A DNA stretch of 64,000 nt from the IMG/VR virus record IMGVR_UViG_3300025316_001101. The stretch is one strand, 5' to 3'. Shown in pieces: positions 45,760 to 54,714 of this stretch; the first letter of the stretch is position 1; each line of letters starts with the position of its first letter. This DNA comes from a virus (lineage: Duplodnaviria; Caudoviricetes). The notes under the pieces were generated by a model, which ran no database searches, was not told where the DNA came from, and worked only from the letters and a program-made list of their open reading frames with translations. The position numbers and the translations under genes are program-made.

Positions 45760-46203
45760 ATGGATACATTGTCATTCAAACTCTTCATGAAAGAGGCTGT
45801 AGAAAAGGACCGCATCAAAGATATGATCGAAGGTAACAACTTCGTTCTTTTCTTTCGTAAAGCAGGAGAGATTTACGGTGCTCCAGAAGAAAGCCGATTA
45901 GTCTTCGCTAGGATGAAGAATCCTGATAATGACCTACCATCCGGCTGGGTAAAAGAAGCCAATTTTGTAGCCGTCAACTTCGACAAGGCACTCAAAGGAG
46001 AAAAGGTTCGCAACATCTTCACCCATAAAGATTTGAAATCCATCGAAATACTCGATAAAGATGAAGCTTGCAAGGCCCTCTGCGCAAAGGCCGACAAACT
46101 TCCCGATGACAAGAAACAGATCAAAAAAGATCTCAAAGAACCAAAAGATTCCGATGAGTCGCCCGCCAAAGCAGCCAATATGGACAAGCTAGGAGAAAGA
46201 TGA
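45760..46203 (+). CDS. hypothetical protein with capsid-targeting-like N-terminus
   Basis: MDTLSFKLFMKE; TAGATA-N5-ATG. Confidence 0.65.
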   Translation: MDTLSFKLFMKEAVEKDRIKDMIEGNNFVLFFRKAGEIYGAPEESRLVFARMKNPDNDLPSGWVKEANFVAVNFDKALKGEKVRNIFTHKDLKSIEILDKDEACKALCAKADKLPDDKKQIKKDLKEPKDSDESPAKAANMDKLGER

Positions 46204-46868
46204 GCCTCCCATTCGAGCCAGAAAAAAACAAACGCAAATACCAGTGTTTTGTTTGTGGCGTTCAATTCGATGATTTTTTCGAATACAAAACCCACATTCC
46301 CGAAAAACACGAAGAGGGCCGGGAATATGTTCTTTGCCCACTAGACAGGTGTAAAGCCCCAGTGCGAGATGTTAAACTGCATTTTAAGGTAGCCCACCCT
46401 AAAGAATCATTGCCCAAAGGCTGTATGATGAAAGCCATGATTTGGAAGGATTTCTCCTCAAAAGGTAAAGGTAAAACCAAGAAGCCCAACTACAGAGAAG
46501 GAGATTACGCTTCAGTTAAAATGAACATGATGTTCCATTATCGATCCGGCTACGAAGAACAGGTGTATAATTGTCTGGACATTCTAACAGAAGTCCACGC
46601 CTTTGCCGCCGAGCCGTTCAAAATCCCCTATATATTCAATGGAGAGACACATCACTATACGCCAGACATATTAGTCTCATTTACTAATGGCAATAAAGAA
46701 GTCTGGGAGATTAAACCAGCCAACCAAACTAATCTTCCAGTCAATAAGGCTAAATGGGCCGCAGCAGAAGTGGCTTGTAAACTACGTGGATGGAACTTCA
46801 AAGTTATTACCGAGCAAGAAATACAAAAGCTCAAAAAACAAGTAAATGAACAACATGTAGAGATGTGA
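46200..46868 (+). CDS. Zn-finger plus TnsA-like endonuclease (T4 gp4 head-completion nuclease-like)
   Basis: CFVC...H...CPLDRC; YRSGYE...AEPFKIPY...YTPDILV...EIKP...KWAAA...GWNFKVITE. Confidence 0.8.
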   Translation: MSLPFEPEKNKRKYQCFVCGVQFDDFFEYKTHIPEKHEEGREYVLCPLDRCKAPVRDVKLHFKVAHPKESLPKGCMMKAMIWKDFSSKGKGKTKKPNYREGDYASVKMNMMFHYRSGYEEQVYNCLDILTEVHAFAAEPFKIPYIFNGETHHYTPDILVSFTNGNKEVWEIKPANQTNLPVNKAKWAAAEVACKLRGWNFKVITEQEIQKLKKQVNEQHVEM

Positions 46869-46882
46869 TAGTCTGGCCAATC

Positions 46883-47428
46883 TTACAACATAGGCACTCC
46901 TTTACGACGAATAATTACCAAGTCGTCATGCCTTGATTTTACATTTCGTAAATCGTATAAATCACAATTCGCAAAGGAGCTTTTAAGCAACAAAGCTTCA
47001 TCAATAGAAGCAACATCTTCTATGATAATTTTACCGTTTGATTTTAATAATTTATGGTAATGATTCAATGTAAATTTTTGGGTTTCAAAAGAATGAGGCC
47101 CATCATCTATGATAATATCAAATTTACCAAATTGTTCCACAGTCGCTATCTGGTAAGCGTCCCCTATTACAATGGAATAGTTACTACCCACTTGCGGAAT
47201 CAATAAATCACTAGCATTAGAATCTATTCCTGTAATTCTTCCATTTGGAAAAAACTTAGACCAAAGTAGAACACTATGCCCTTTACCGACTCCAATTTCT
47301 AACAAATCGATTTTATCGTATTGGGATAAAATCTTATCATAAACCATAGAAATGTAACAGTGACGGGTTTCTTTATCGGTTGTTGGGAAAAGACTTGTGT
47401 TTTCTAAATAGAACTGTAATAATCTCAT
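46883..47428 (-). CDS. class I SAM-dependent methyltransferase
   Basis: LLEIGVGKG.S, GIDS, GDAY, FDIIIDDGPH, GKIIIED. Confidence 0.85.
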   Translation of the reverse strand: MRLLQFYLENTSLFPTTDKETRHCYISMVYDKILSQYDKIDLLEIGVGKGHSVLLWSKFFPNGRITGIDSNASDLLIPQVGSNYSIVIGDAYQIATVEQFGKFDIIIDDGPHSFETQKFTLNHYHKLLKSNGKIIIEDVASIDEALLLKSSFANCDLYDLRNVKSRHDDLVIIRRKGVPML

Positions 47429-47508
47429 CGCTCCACCATAACGTAATAGCAACATCCTGCTACAATAAGTATGATGTCGTTTGTCAGTAATATATCGCAA
47501 TGTAAACG

Positions 47509-47537
47509 AAAACGCCCGGCCATAGGCCGGGCGTTTT
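47509..47537. terminator. terminator, CGCCCGGC family
   Basis: AAAACGCCCGGCC-ATA-GGCCGGGCGTTTT. Confidence 0.85.
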
Positions 47538-47543
47538 CTTGCA

Positions 47544-47876
47544 TTAACGCATGCAATGCTTGCGATGATGTTTGTGGTGATGTCTATGGTGTCCGTGATG
47601 CTTGTGGCCTTTATGGGCCTTGCCTTGACAACCATGATGGCGATGATGCTTTCCAGCCTTCTTCACTACATCCTTCTTGGCTACGTCCTTCTTGGCTACG
47701 TCCTTCTTGGCTACGTCCTTCTTGGCTACGTCCTTCTTGGCTACGTCCTTGTGACCATCCTTATGCTTTGCCACAACGGGCTTAGATTTGGGATCGGCCT
47801 TGGTGGGTTGATGCGGAGCACCAAATCCAACAACAGACATACATGCAAACAAAATCAATGCTAATACGTATTTCAT
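47544..47876 (-). CDS. secreted Lys/His-rich protein with KKDVA repeats
   Basis: AGGAG SD; signal peptide; (KKDVA)5; HHRHH-rich tail. Confidence 0.75.
   Translation of the reverse strand: MKYVLALILFACMSVVGFGAPHQPTKADPKSKPVVAKHKDGHKDVAKKDVAKKDVAKKDVAKKDVAKKDVVKKAGKHHRHHGCQGKAHKGHKHHGHHRHHHKHHRKHCMR
47656..47750 (-). repeat. 15-bp coding tandem repeat (5 perfect copies plus degenerate flanks)
   Basis: TCCTTCTTGGCTACG at 47671, 47686, 47701, 47716 and 47731. Confidence 0.95.
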
Positions 47877-47940
47877 ACGTTTCTCCTAAAAAAGGTTGAT
47901 ATTAGTATTAAACCCCGGATATGTAATAAAGTTTCGAAAA

Positions 47941-48405
47941 TTATGTGTCTCTACTAACATTTCCCTTACATTGACACCCGCTACCGCACTTTTGGACCAC
48001 TTTATTAACTTCTTCAGTCTCCGCCGCTCGATCATGAAGGTGACGAATAGCCTTTTCCGACTCCTTACGACGTTCTCCGAAACGTCGCATTAACGTTTCG
48101 GATCTTTCCATATCGAACTTCTGATACACATCAATGTCGCCATTAACATCAATAGCATCAGTTTCATATGGTCCAGCCACACGGCGTTCGTATTCTGCTT
48201 TAACCGCCGTAAGCACACCGAGAGTCCTATTGATGGCATAATATCTCCAACCGCCTTCTGGTTTCATTACCCTATTAGTAATTGTGGTTAGCACATAATT
48301 TAGCACACCCTCAATTTCGTCTTCAGAAAAACTCTCTAAATCATTAACAATTTCTCTGATAGAATCTTTAAGTTGTTTGCGGTATTTTTTCTTTATATAA
48401 GGCAT
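47941..48405 (-). CDS. conserved phage hypothetical protein (DUF6899-like)
   Basis: MPYI...G.LNY..T...Y..IN..LGVL..VKAEY.RRV..PYE...I..NGD. Confidence 0.7.
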   Translation of the reverse strand: MPYIKKKYRKQLKDSIREIVNDLESFSEDEIEGVLNYVLTTITNRVMKPEGGWRYYAINRTLGVLTAVKAEYERRVAGPYETDAIDVNGDIDVYQKFDMERSETLMRRFGERRKESEKAIRHLHDRAAETEEVNKVVQKCGSGCQCKGNVSRDT

Positions 48406-48413
48406 GATTTCTC

Positions 48414-48806
48414 CTATCGACTTATTACTTGGTACATTGGTTCAACATACACTGGTTTTGGCGTATCTTTAACGGTAAAGTCATTGTTGTTCAATGCCTT
48501 TTGTGCTTCTATCCACTCTTTTTGAGCCACATCCAATCGGTCATAACTCCCACAACTTTCTGTTCCATCCTGTATATTCACATATACATGATACTTCCCA
48601 TCCTTGTGAATGATTGCGTCTCCGCTAGCACATCCCAAAAATGATTTCCCTTCATTCACATATAAAGGCACAATCGGAGCTACTTTGCTTTTTAGCTCCT
48701 TGGTGGCAAAATTGACAAATGCCAATATGCCAGATTCTTGTTCTACAGTAAATCCATCGCCCTCTTCAGACAAAAATTTGTACATCAATTTTTTAAGTTC
48801 GTTCAT
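48414..48806 (-). CDS. hypothetical protein
   Basis: 130-aa ORF. Confidence 0.6.
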   Translation of the reverse strand: MNELKKLMYKFLSEEGDGFTVEQESGILAFVNFATKELKSKVAPIVPLYVNEGKSFLGCASGDAIIHKDGKYHVYVNIQDGTESCGSYDRLDVAQKEWIEAQKALNNNDFTVKDTPKPVYVEPMYQVISR

Positions 48807-49595
48807 TTAATCACCTTTCGTTACCCTAATTGAATCACTATCCAAATGCTGAGTAGAAGTTTCTAAAAGTATAGAATCTTCCTCAGCAAACATCTGATGT
48901 CGCATTCCTGGCGGAACATGGAATGTCGTCTCTGGCACCAAAATAATTGTTGCAGCTTGGGTAATATCATCCACATTACCGTAAGTCAATCGCAACCTTC
49001 CCGACTGTAAGAAAAACGTCTCATCTTTTCTTACATGATAATGCCAAGAACATTGCTTGTGCTTATTGAATTTTAGTATTTTACCACAGTATAAATGGTT
49101 GTTTGTCATCCATGTTTCTGATCCCCATCCTTTGGGAACATATGTCATTCCTCTCGACAGACTATCTTCATCTGTAATTAGCACATCACTTTCTGGCAAC
49201 TCGGTACTTGCATCCTCATTTACAACCGACGCAGGCAAATTATCTAATTCCTTCGGCAACAACCCGATCCGTATCATCTCCTGTGTTTCCAAAAGGCAGG
49301 CAGAGTTCCACATAATTGCACTCAAATGATCTTCATCTTTCATTCCGGCCATAAATTTGAATGCATGTCGCATCATGGAATCTAAGTATCGACGCAATGG
49401 AATGCCTTTACGCCAATTGTCATCTCCATACTTTTGGCTGCCGTTTTCAAAATGCTGTGCTAAACGAGTAATAGCATAGTATGGCAGCAAATCAAAGCGA
49501 CCTTTCCCCTCCTGGGTATCTCGAACAGCACCGGTGCCAAATTCCTGTCGCTTACCAGAGTCTACAACTTTATTAAATTGTTGCATAAGTCTCAC
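48807..49595 (-). CDS. dATP/dGTP diphosphohydrolase-like (DUF5664) domain fused to a PKGWG-type cupin
   Basis: FGTGAVRD..GKGRFDLLP...G.QKYGDDNWRKG...YLDS..RH...EDHL..I.WN, then VPKGWGSE...CSWHYH..KDETF...HQM. Confidence 0.8.
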   Translation of the reverse strand: MRLMQQFNKVVDSGKRQEFGTGAVRDTQEGKGRFDLLPYYAITRLAQHFENGSQKYGDDNWRKGIPLRRYLDSMMRHAFKFMAGMKDEDHLSAIMWNSACLLETQEMIRIGLLPKELDNLPASVVNEDASTELPESDVLITDEDSLSRGMTYVPKGWGSETWMTNNHLYCGKILKFNKHKQCSWHYHVRKDETFFLQSGRLRLTYGNVDDITQAATIILVPETTFHVPPGMRHQMFAEEDSILLETSTQHLDSDSIRVTKGD

Positions 49596-49668
49596 CTACA
49601 TAAAAATGTATATTCGGAATGGATAATCGTTAATTGTATGCTATGATAGAAGAAAGGTCAAGACTAAC

Positions 49669-49980
49669 ATGAAACAACCAATTTGTAAAAATTGTAAACT
49701 ATTCGACGCCAAGCAAAAACGCTGCGCAGTCATTGTCATCTACGAAGGCGAAAAGTACAACTTACCAGTTGAAGCCAATGATTCATGTTTTTACGAAAAT
49801 GAATTCCTAGCGTTGAATGAAGAAAACCAAATTGAAACCTTCAAACCAAACATCCAAGAAGTGAAGTTCTGGGTTGAAGATCCGATAACCGGCGAAAAGA
49901 CGGATAAACCGGGCAAAGTTCGCATTGAATATCCCGTTGGATTCTTTGGAGACGAAAAACAGATTATTGATCTACCATAG
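49669..49980 (+). CDS. hypothetical Cys-containing protein
   Basis: CKNC...C...C; upstream TGCTATGAT and AAGG SD. Confidence 0.6.
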   Translation: MKQPICKNCKLFDAKQKRCAVIVIYEGEKYNLPVEANDSCFYENEFLALNEENQIETFKPNIQEVKFWVEDPITGEKTDKPGKVRIEYPVGFFGDEKQIIDLP

Positions 49981-52024
49981 AGGTCATTTTTGCATAAGCT
50001 ACCATCTCCTCGATAGTTTCCTGTTTCATTTTCAGTAAACCCTTCAAATAACCAACATCACTAGCTCCTACCTCGTCCAAACTCTTGATGCCAGCCTTAA
50101 AGAGCTTCTCTGCCCGCACTTTACCAATATTGGGAATCGTACATAGATCTACTAATTCTTCACGTACTCCATAAGTCATGCGAAGTCCTAATCGTTTTAA
50201 CCAATCTTGTTCTCCCCACTTACAAGCCATACCATCCAACGCTTTCAATACCGCATTCGCTCTAGGAAAATCAAACTGTAGATTTCTAGCCAGCCCCGAC
50301 ACTGCACCAGGGTCCATCCCACGCAACAAAGTAAAGTAAGCATACGCCCCTTTTACAGAGGGCTCCTTTGGAGAATTGGCTCCGAACATTTCACTGATTT
50401 TAGCAGCAAAGGTTGCCATATCATCACGCTCAGCCCTGCTCACAATTCCCTGTCGCAGGGTATCTACATTTCCCAACGCAACCGACACAATGATGTCATT
50501 ATTTTGATAACCGTTCTTGAATAAAATATCAAAATTTCTCTTGAGATCCGCAACATCAAATGGCGAATAATAAAACATGCTGGATATAACACCAGTCATT
50601 GTTGCTTTGTATACATCATCTTCCTTGAAAATGGCTCCACACTTGATAAGCAATTCTAGCGTCTTTTCCACAATTTGATCATCCAAGTCCTGTGCTTGAA
50701 AATGAGCAAAACTTTTCTCGTACCATGCATACACATCTTCCTTGGTCTTGATATTATTGTGATGAATCTCACTCACTAAATGAAACGCCAGCGTCTTATA
50801 ATGCGGCTCTTCTTCAGTGCCAACATAATCCAAAAGTTTGGATACTATATTTTCTGGCTTACTCAATCGCACTTTATGACGTTTTTCTTCTGACCGAGGA
50901 AGCAGCACATAAACATCGCCCCGTGGATCAAGACCAACTCGTCCTGCTCTACCCGCCATCTGTTGAATATTATAACTTTCCACTTCATCTAATCCACGAT
51001 GTACACCCGTAATAATCACCCTGCGAGCGGGCATATTTAATCCCCACGCTAAGGTACTAGTGGCAATAACGATTCTAAAATCGGGATCGGTTCTGAATGA
51101 TTTTTCCAAAGCATGTCTTTTGTCTTTCTCTAAATCAGCATTGTGAAAATCACAATTGATACCTAGCTTCTTTAGCGATGACTTCATTAACTCCCCAGTT
51201 CGCTTAGTATGAACAAATACTAAAAATTTATCATTGGGATGATCTTCTAAAATAGACAAAGCAGCATTAACTTTACTCTCTTCCTTTTCATCATAACGAC
51301 CAACATCATAATAGCTTTCGTAATGAATTGCCAAAGGACATGGACGATATTGAGAAGCAAGCAAGTAAGTATCTTTGCCTGTTAAATCATAACTGACCCA
51401 CTTGGCAATCTCATCTACATTCGGCATAGTGGCCGACAACAATACAATACGAGCATTGGGTGCGAGTTGGGAAAATTTCATCAATCCCACTTCTAAATGG
51501 TCACCACGTCCGGGGACTGTAAGCAAATGGCTTTCATCAACCACTAAAGTACCCACTTCTTTTAACCATTCATTATGTTCGGCCTTGAAATTGCGACAGC
51601 GGGAATTAAGCATTTCACTGGTCATCAAGATAAGATTGGACTCTGCCAATTCTTTCTTGCGAGAAGCTGTCAATTGATAGTCGCCAGTACAGATGCTCAA
51701 CTTTAGATCTGAGAAATGATGTTTCTTCTCACCTTCGGCTGTAGTCCAATCATCAATCTTTTCTTTTGCTAGGGCTTTAAGAGGAGCCAGATACATAGCT
51801 TTACCGCCACGAACCCTTGCTTCATGAGCCATTAACATCTCTGCACAAACGGTTTTTCCAGCACTTGTAGCAGCCGCAATTACAAGATTGGCATCCTTAT
51901 CATGAATTTCCACCACTCGGCTTTGTACCGGATTAAAAGTGGCAAATGGGAACTTTGCATACTTTGGAAAATCTTTGCACGCAATACAGTTGTTTTGATC
52001 ATCAATTTTAATGACAGGTGGCAT
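49964..52024 (-). CDS. Ski2/Hel308-like SF2 helicase with C-terminal HhH
   Basis: AATSAGKT, APLKALA, DESH, LSAT, FHNADL, TSTLAWGLNMPARRV, QMAGRAGR, IPNIGKVRA. Confidence 0.9.
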   Translation of the reverse strand: MPPVIKIDDQNNCIACKDFPKYAKFPFATFNPVQSRVVEIHDKDANLVIAAATSAGKTVCAEMLMAHEARVRGGKAMYLAPLKALAKEKIDDWTTAEGEKKHHFSDLKLSICTGDYQLTASRKKELAESNLILMTSEMLNSRCRNFKAEHNEWLKEVGTLVVDESHLLTVPGRGDHLEVGLMKFSQLAPNARIVLLSATMPNVDEIAKWVSYDLTGKDTYLLASQYRPCPLAIHYESYYDVGRYDEKEESKVNAALSILEDHPNDKFLVFVHTKRTGELMKSSLKKLGINCDFHNADLEKDKRHALEKSFRTDPDFRIVIATSTLAWGLNMPARRVIITGVHRGLDEVESYNIQQMAGRAGRVGLDPRGDVYVLLPRSEEKRHKVRLSKPENIVSKLLDYVGTEEEPHYKTLAFHLVSEIHHNNIKTKEDVYAWYEKSFAHFQAQDLDDQIVEKTLELLIKCGAIFKEDDVYKATMTGVISSMFYYSPFDVADLKRNFDILFKNGYQNNDIIVSVALGNVDTLRQGIVSRAERDDMATFAAKISEMFGANSPKEPSVKGAYAYFTLLRGMDPGAVSGLARNLQFDFPRANAVLKALDGMACKWGEQDWLKRLGLRMTYGVREELVDLCTIPNIGKVRAEKLFKAGIKSLDEVGASDVGYLKGLLKMKQETIEEMVAYAKMTSMVDQ

Positions 52025-52102
52025 AAAACGCTCTCCCATAAAGCGAAACAGCGTGCGGAAATATAAATAATGATCCACACGCTGCTTCAATAATGTTGAC
52101 AG

Positions 52103-52372
52103 TTACGCTACTTCGGCTTCGGTATCCATACCGGCTCTATGACCGTATTCCTCTTTTACATATCGGCCGACCTCATCAAACATTTCAAACCATTCGGCGG
52201 CACCAGACGCTCCTGAAAGGAGCTTATCTACACTTTGATCACGCTGTATCAAGAGCGTGATTGCGGCTACATCGCCGCTTAAATTCTGTTTGAATCTCGA
52301 CCCCAAGAAATACAAATCCTCATCGGAAAGCTTTCTCACATACTCACTTAAAATTACATTACTCTTTTTCAT
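52103..52372 (-). CDS. hypothetical protein
   Basis: 89 aa with GAGG SD. Confidence 0.6.
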   Translation of the reverse strand: MKKSNVILSEYVRKLSDEDLYFLGSRFKQNLSGDVAAITLLIQRDQSVDKLLSGASGAAEWFEMFDEVGRYVKEEYGHRAGMDTEAEVA

Positions 52373-52388
52373 TGTAATACCTCACATT

Positions 52389-52685
52389 ATGCATGGACTT
52401 CTTGATATTAAAACACTCGAACATACCATGATTACGAATTGGACTCATTTCCTCGATATGCGCAAACTAATGGCGTTTGCCAAGAATGCAGTGGTTGAAC
52501 ACCACTATATCGAAGCCACTTGTACAATTCAACAACTCACCATCTCCCGATTTGAATTCAAATCCGTAGGATTCATCCTTTGGATAGAAGTCAATATACA
52601 GAATATGGACAAAAAGGTCAAGGCGACTATTGAAGCTTTCTTATCCGATAGTGAATTAGTTTACATTACCAGCACTACGGACTAA
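52389..52685 (+). CDS. hypothetical protein
   Basis: Divergent ORF, start reassigned to MHGLLD. Confidence 0.5.
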   Translation: MHGLLDIKTLEHTMITNWTHFLDMRKLMAFAKNAVVEHHYIEATCTIQQLTISRFEFKSVGFILWIEVNIQNMDKKVKATIEAFLSDSELVYITSTTD

Positions 52686-52969
52686 ACAACGGCCAATCGG
52701 CTCCTTTCTTCTTCGTCATGATCCACAAAAATTATGTTGTCATGATCTGGATACCTTAGCGATAAATTATAAGTGTCTATAAATGCTGTACGGTCATCTT
52801 GACAGGTGTTAACCCAGCAATATCCTGGATCTTTAACCTTTTGACCATCCTTGCCTTCTTTTGTTATTCCTACCTGAAGTGTAATCCCATCCGGTAATTG
52901 TACCTCAATTTGGCCGTCCTTCAAGAGCGAAGTGATGATGAGATGTTGAAGTTTATCTTTTTTAGTCAT
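52682..52969 (-). CDS. hypothetical protein
   Basis: GGAGG SD before MTKKDK. Confidence 0.6.
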   Translation of the reverse strand: MTKKDKLQHLIITSLLKDGQIEVQLPDGITLQVGITKEGKDGQKVKDPGYCWVNTCQDDRTAFIDTYNLSLRYPDHDNIIFVDHDEEERSRLAVV

Positions 52970-53069
52970 GATAGGTATCCTCCAAAAAATACTACCATAT
53001 CTACTCGTAATAAGCCCTAGATTGCCAAGGTCTAAAATATTAAAGCAATCATTTCCCCACAAAATTCTA

Positions 53070-53543
53070 TTAAATTAGATTGACTTGATCCGGTTGCATG
53101 TGGCTATATTTGAATCCCTCATAATCACACATTTCCACCTTGCCATCATAAGGAGAGTTAATCGGCCGACCCCTCGTATCTAAACAAACCGTCCAACAAT
53201 AGATTTTACGATTCATGCCAGGAAGTTCCACTAAAGATAGATTATGCCCACCTAAAAACTTCTTCGCAATCTTTGTTACTAAAGAAAATGGCAAAAAAGG
53301 AATAGTTTTACCAAATATCTGTACGGTTTCTAAGAAATGTGTTTTATAATCTGCACGACTGAAATACAACACCACATCATACCCATCCACTACAGTTTCT
53401 ACTATTTTTAATAAATGGATATCGTCCTCTAAACGTGGGTCATTAAGAGGATAATTATAAGGAACTAATGCATCCCCAACGTTTTTTATCTGCTCAATGA
53501 TGTCATCTAAAGTTTTGTGTTGCATAGAGTTATTCCCCACCAT
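53070..53543 (-). CDS. hypothetical protein
   Basis: 157-aa ORF. Confidence 0.65.
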   Translation of the reverse strand: MVGNNSMQHKTLDDIIEQIKNVGDALVPYNYPLNDPRLEDDIHLLKIVETVVDGYDVVLYFSRADYKTHFLETVQIFGKTIPFLPFSLVTKIAKKFLGGHNLSLVELPGMNRKIYCWTVCLDTRGRPINSPYDGKVEMCDYEGFKYSHMQPDQVNLI

Positions 53544-53561
53544 ATATATTCACGCAAATGG

Positions 53562-54611
53562 CTAAAATTCGTATTCACTACCATATACTGCATTGGCGTG
53601 ATCGATGGGGTTAAGATATTCCTGTAATTTGTTGCAATCCAAATGCAATTGAGAAATAATTTCCTCCACTTGTCTTATCGCTAATCGTCTCGCTATATGC
53701 GACCAAATTCCATTACCATCTGTCATTATTAAGTTTTTCCATATTCTAGCTATAAACCAATTTCTAACCTGCTTCATACCTTGTGATAGTTTACACTCTT
53801 CAAGAAACTCCAGCAATCCCAGTACGTCTTTTGGCTCCAACCATAACAAAGAAGACCAACGATCACCCTCAGCATATGGCCTAAGAATTGGCTTGTTTTT
53901 CACCACCTCTACAAAATGCAATAATAATCTAATCCAATTTTTTAACAAATATGAATCCACACATCCATCATTGCCCACAATGCGAAATTCTACAGTTTCT
54001 CGATTCCTCTTCTGTACCTTCTGATATGTGTTTATGGTGTAATATTTGTGTTCGCTCAACTTCTCTATAAGCTTGTCAGGCACGATTAAATCATTGTGTT
54101 GAAACTCCTGACACGCTCCTATGCATTGACAAAACCTGTTAACCTTTCTATGAGCTTGAACCGAATCCATAAACACCGCTTCACATTTAATCCAGTACGA
54201 TAATATAGATGCCAATTGATAATCATCACAATCCCTTACCTCTACATGTACATGTGCTGCACATCTGCCATCCGCTTTTATGTTCGAGTCTTCATTTAAT
54301 ACATCTACCGCTTTACAGATTTGAGACAAAGCATGACAGCCACGACTTACCGGCGAACAAATTTCTATACCACAACTAGCGTCTGGCTTCAAAACCCAAC
54401 AATTATTGTTATCCGTATGGCCCCATTTTCGCACCTCAACTTTTTCTCTAAAAATTTCTGAAAGCAATGCTGCTATATAATGTATCCCTTCAGGAAGCTC
54501 TCCTCTGTCCAGAGGAGCAGCCCTAAAATCTCTGTCATCGAATGCATTTAACTCTATTTCTACGCCGAAACGTCGATGTGAATTAAATGTTATGAGATTC
54601 AGCGAGTCCAT
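53562..54611 (-). CDS. putative amidoligase (COOH-NH2 ligase family)
   Basis: RRFGVEIE, WVLKPDASCGIEICSP, CAAHVHV, KYYTIN, TVEFR. Confidence 0.8.
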   Translation of the reverse strand: MDSLNLITFNSHRRFGVEIELNAFDDRDFRAAPLDRGELPEGIHYIAALLSEIFREKVEVRKWGHTDNNNCWVLKPDASCGIEICSPVSRGCHALSQICKAVDVLNEDSNIKADGRCAAHVHVEVRDCDDYQLASILSYWIKCEAVFMDSVQAHRKVNRFCQCIGACQEFQHNDLIVPDKLIEKLSEHKYYTINTYQKVQKRNRETVEFRIVGNDGCVDSYLLKNWIRLLLHFVEVVKNKPILRPYAEGDRWSSLLWLEPKDVLGLLEFLEECKLSQGMKQVRNWFIARIWKNLIMTDGNGIWSHIARRLAIRQVEEIISQLHLDCNKLQEYLNPIDHANAVYGSEYEF

Positions 54612-54667
54612 ATATGTTATCCTATCAATAAAAAACCCAAAAAACAAACCAATTCAATCGCAGTGTA

Positions 54668-54696
54668 TTGACTTGGACGTTTTTACATACTATAAA
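54668..54696 (+). promoter_or_regulatory. sigma70-type promoter
   Basis: TTGACT-N17-TATAAA, followed by AGGAG SD and ATG 54715. Confidence 0.8.
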
Positions 54697-54714
54697 AGTA
54701 TTAGGAGAATTGTT

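Noticed and set aside
47656-47750. 15-bp tandem repeat as a CRISPR array or regulatory repeat
   Set aside because: No spacers; the unit is 5 codons in frame (KKDVA) within a signal-peptide ORF.
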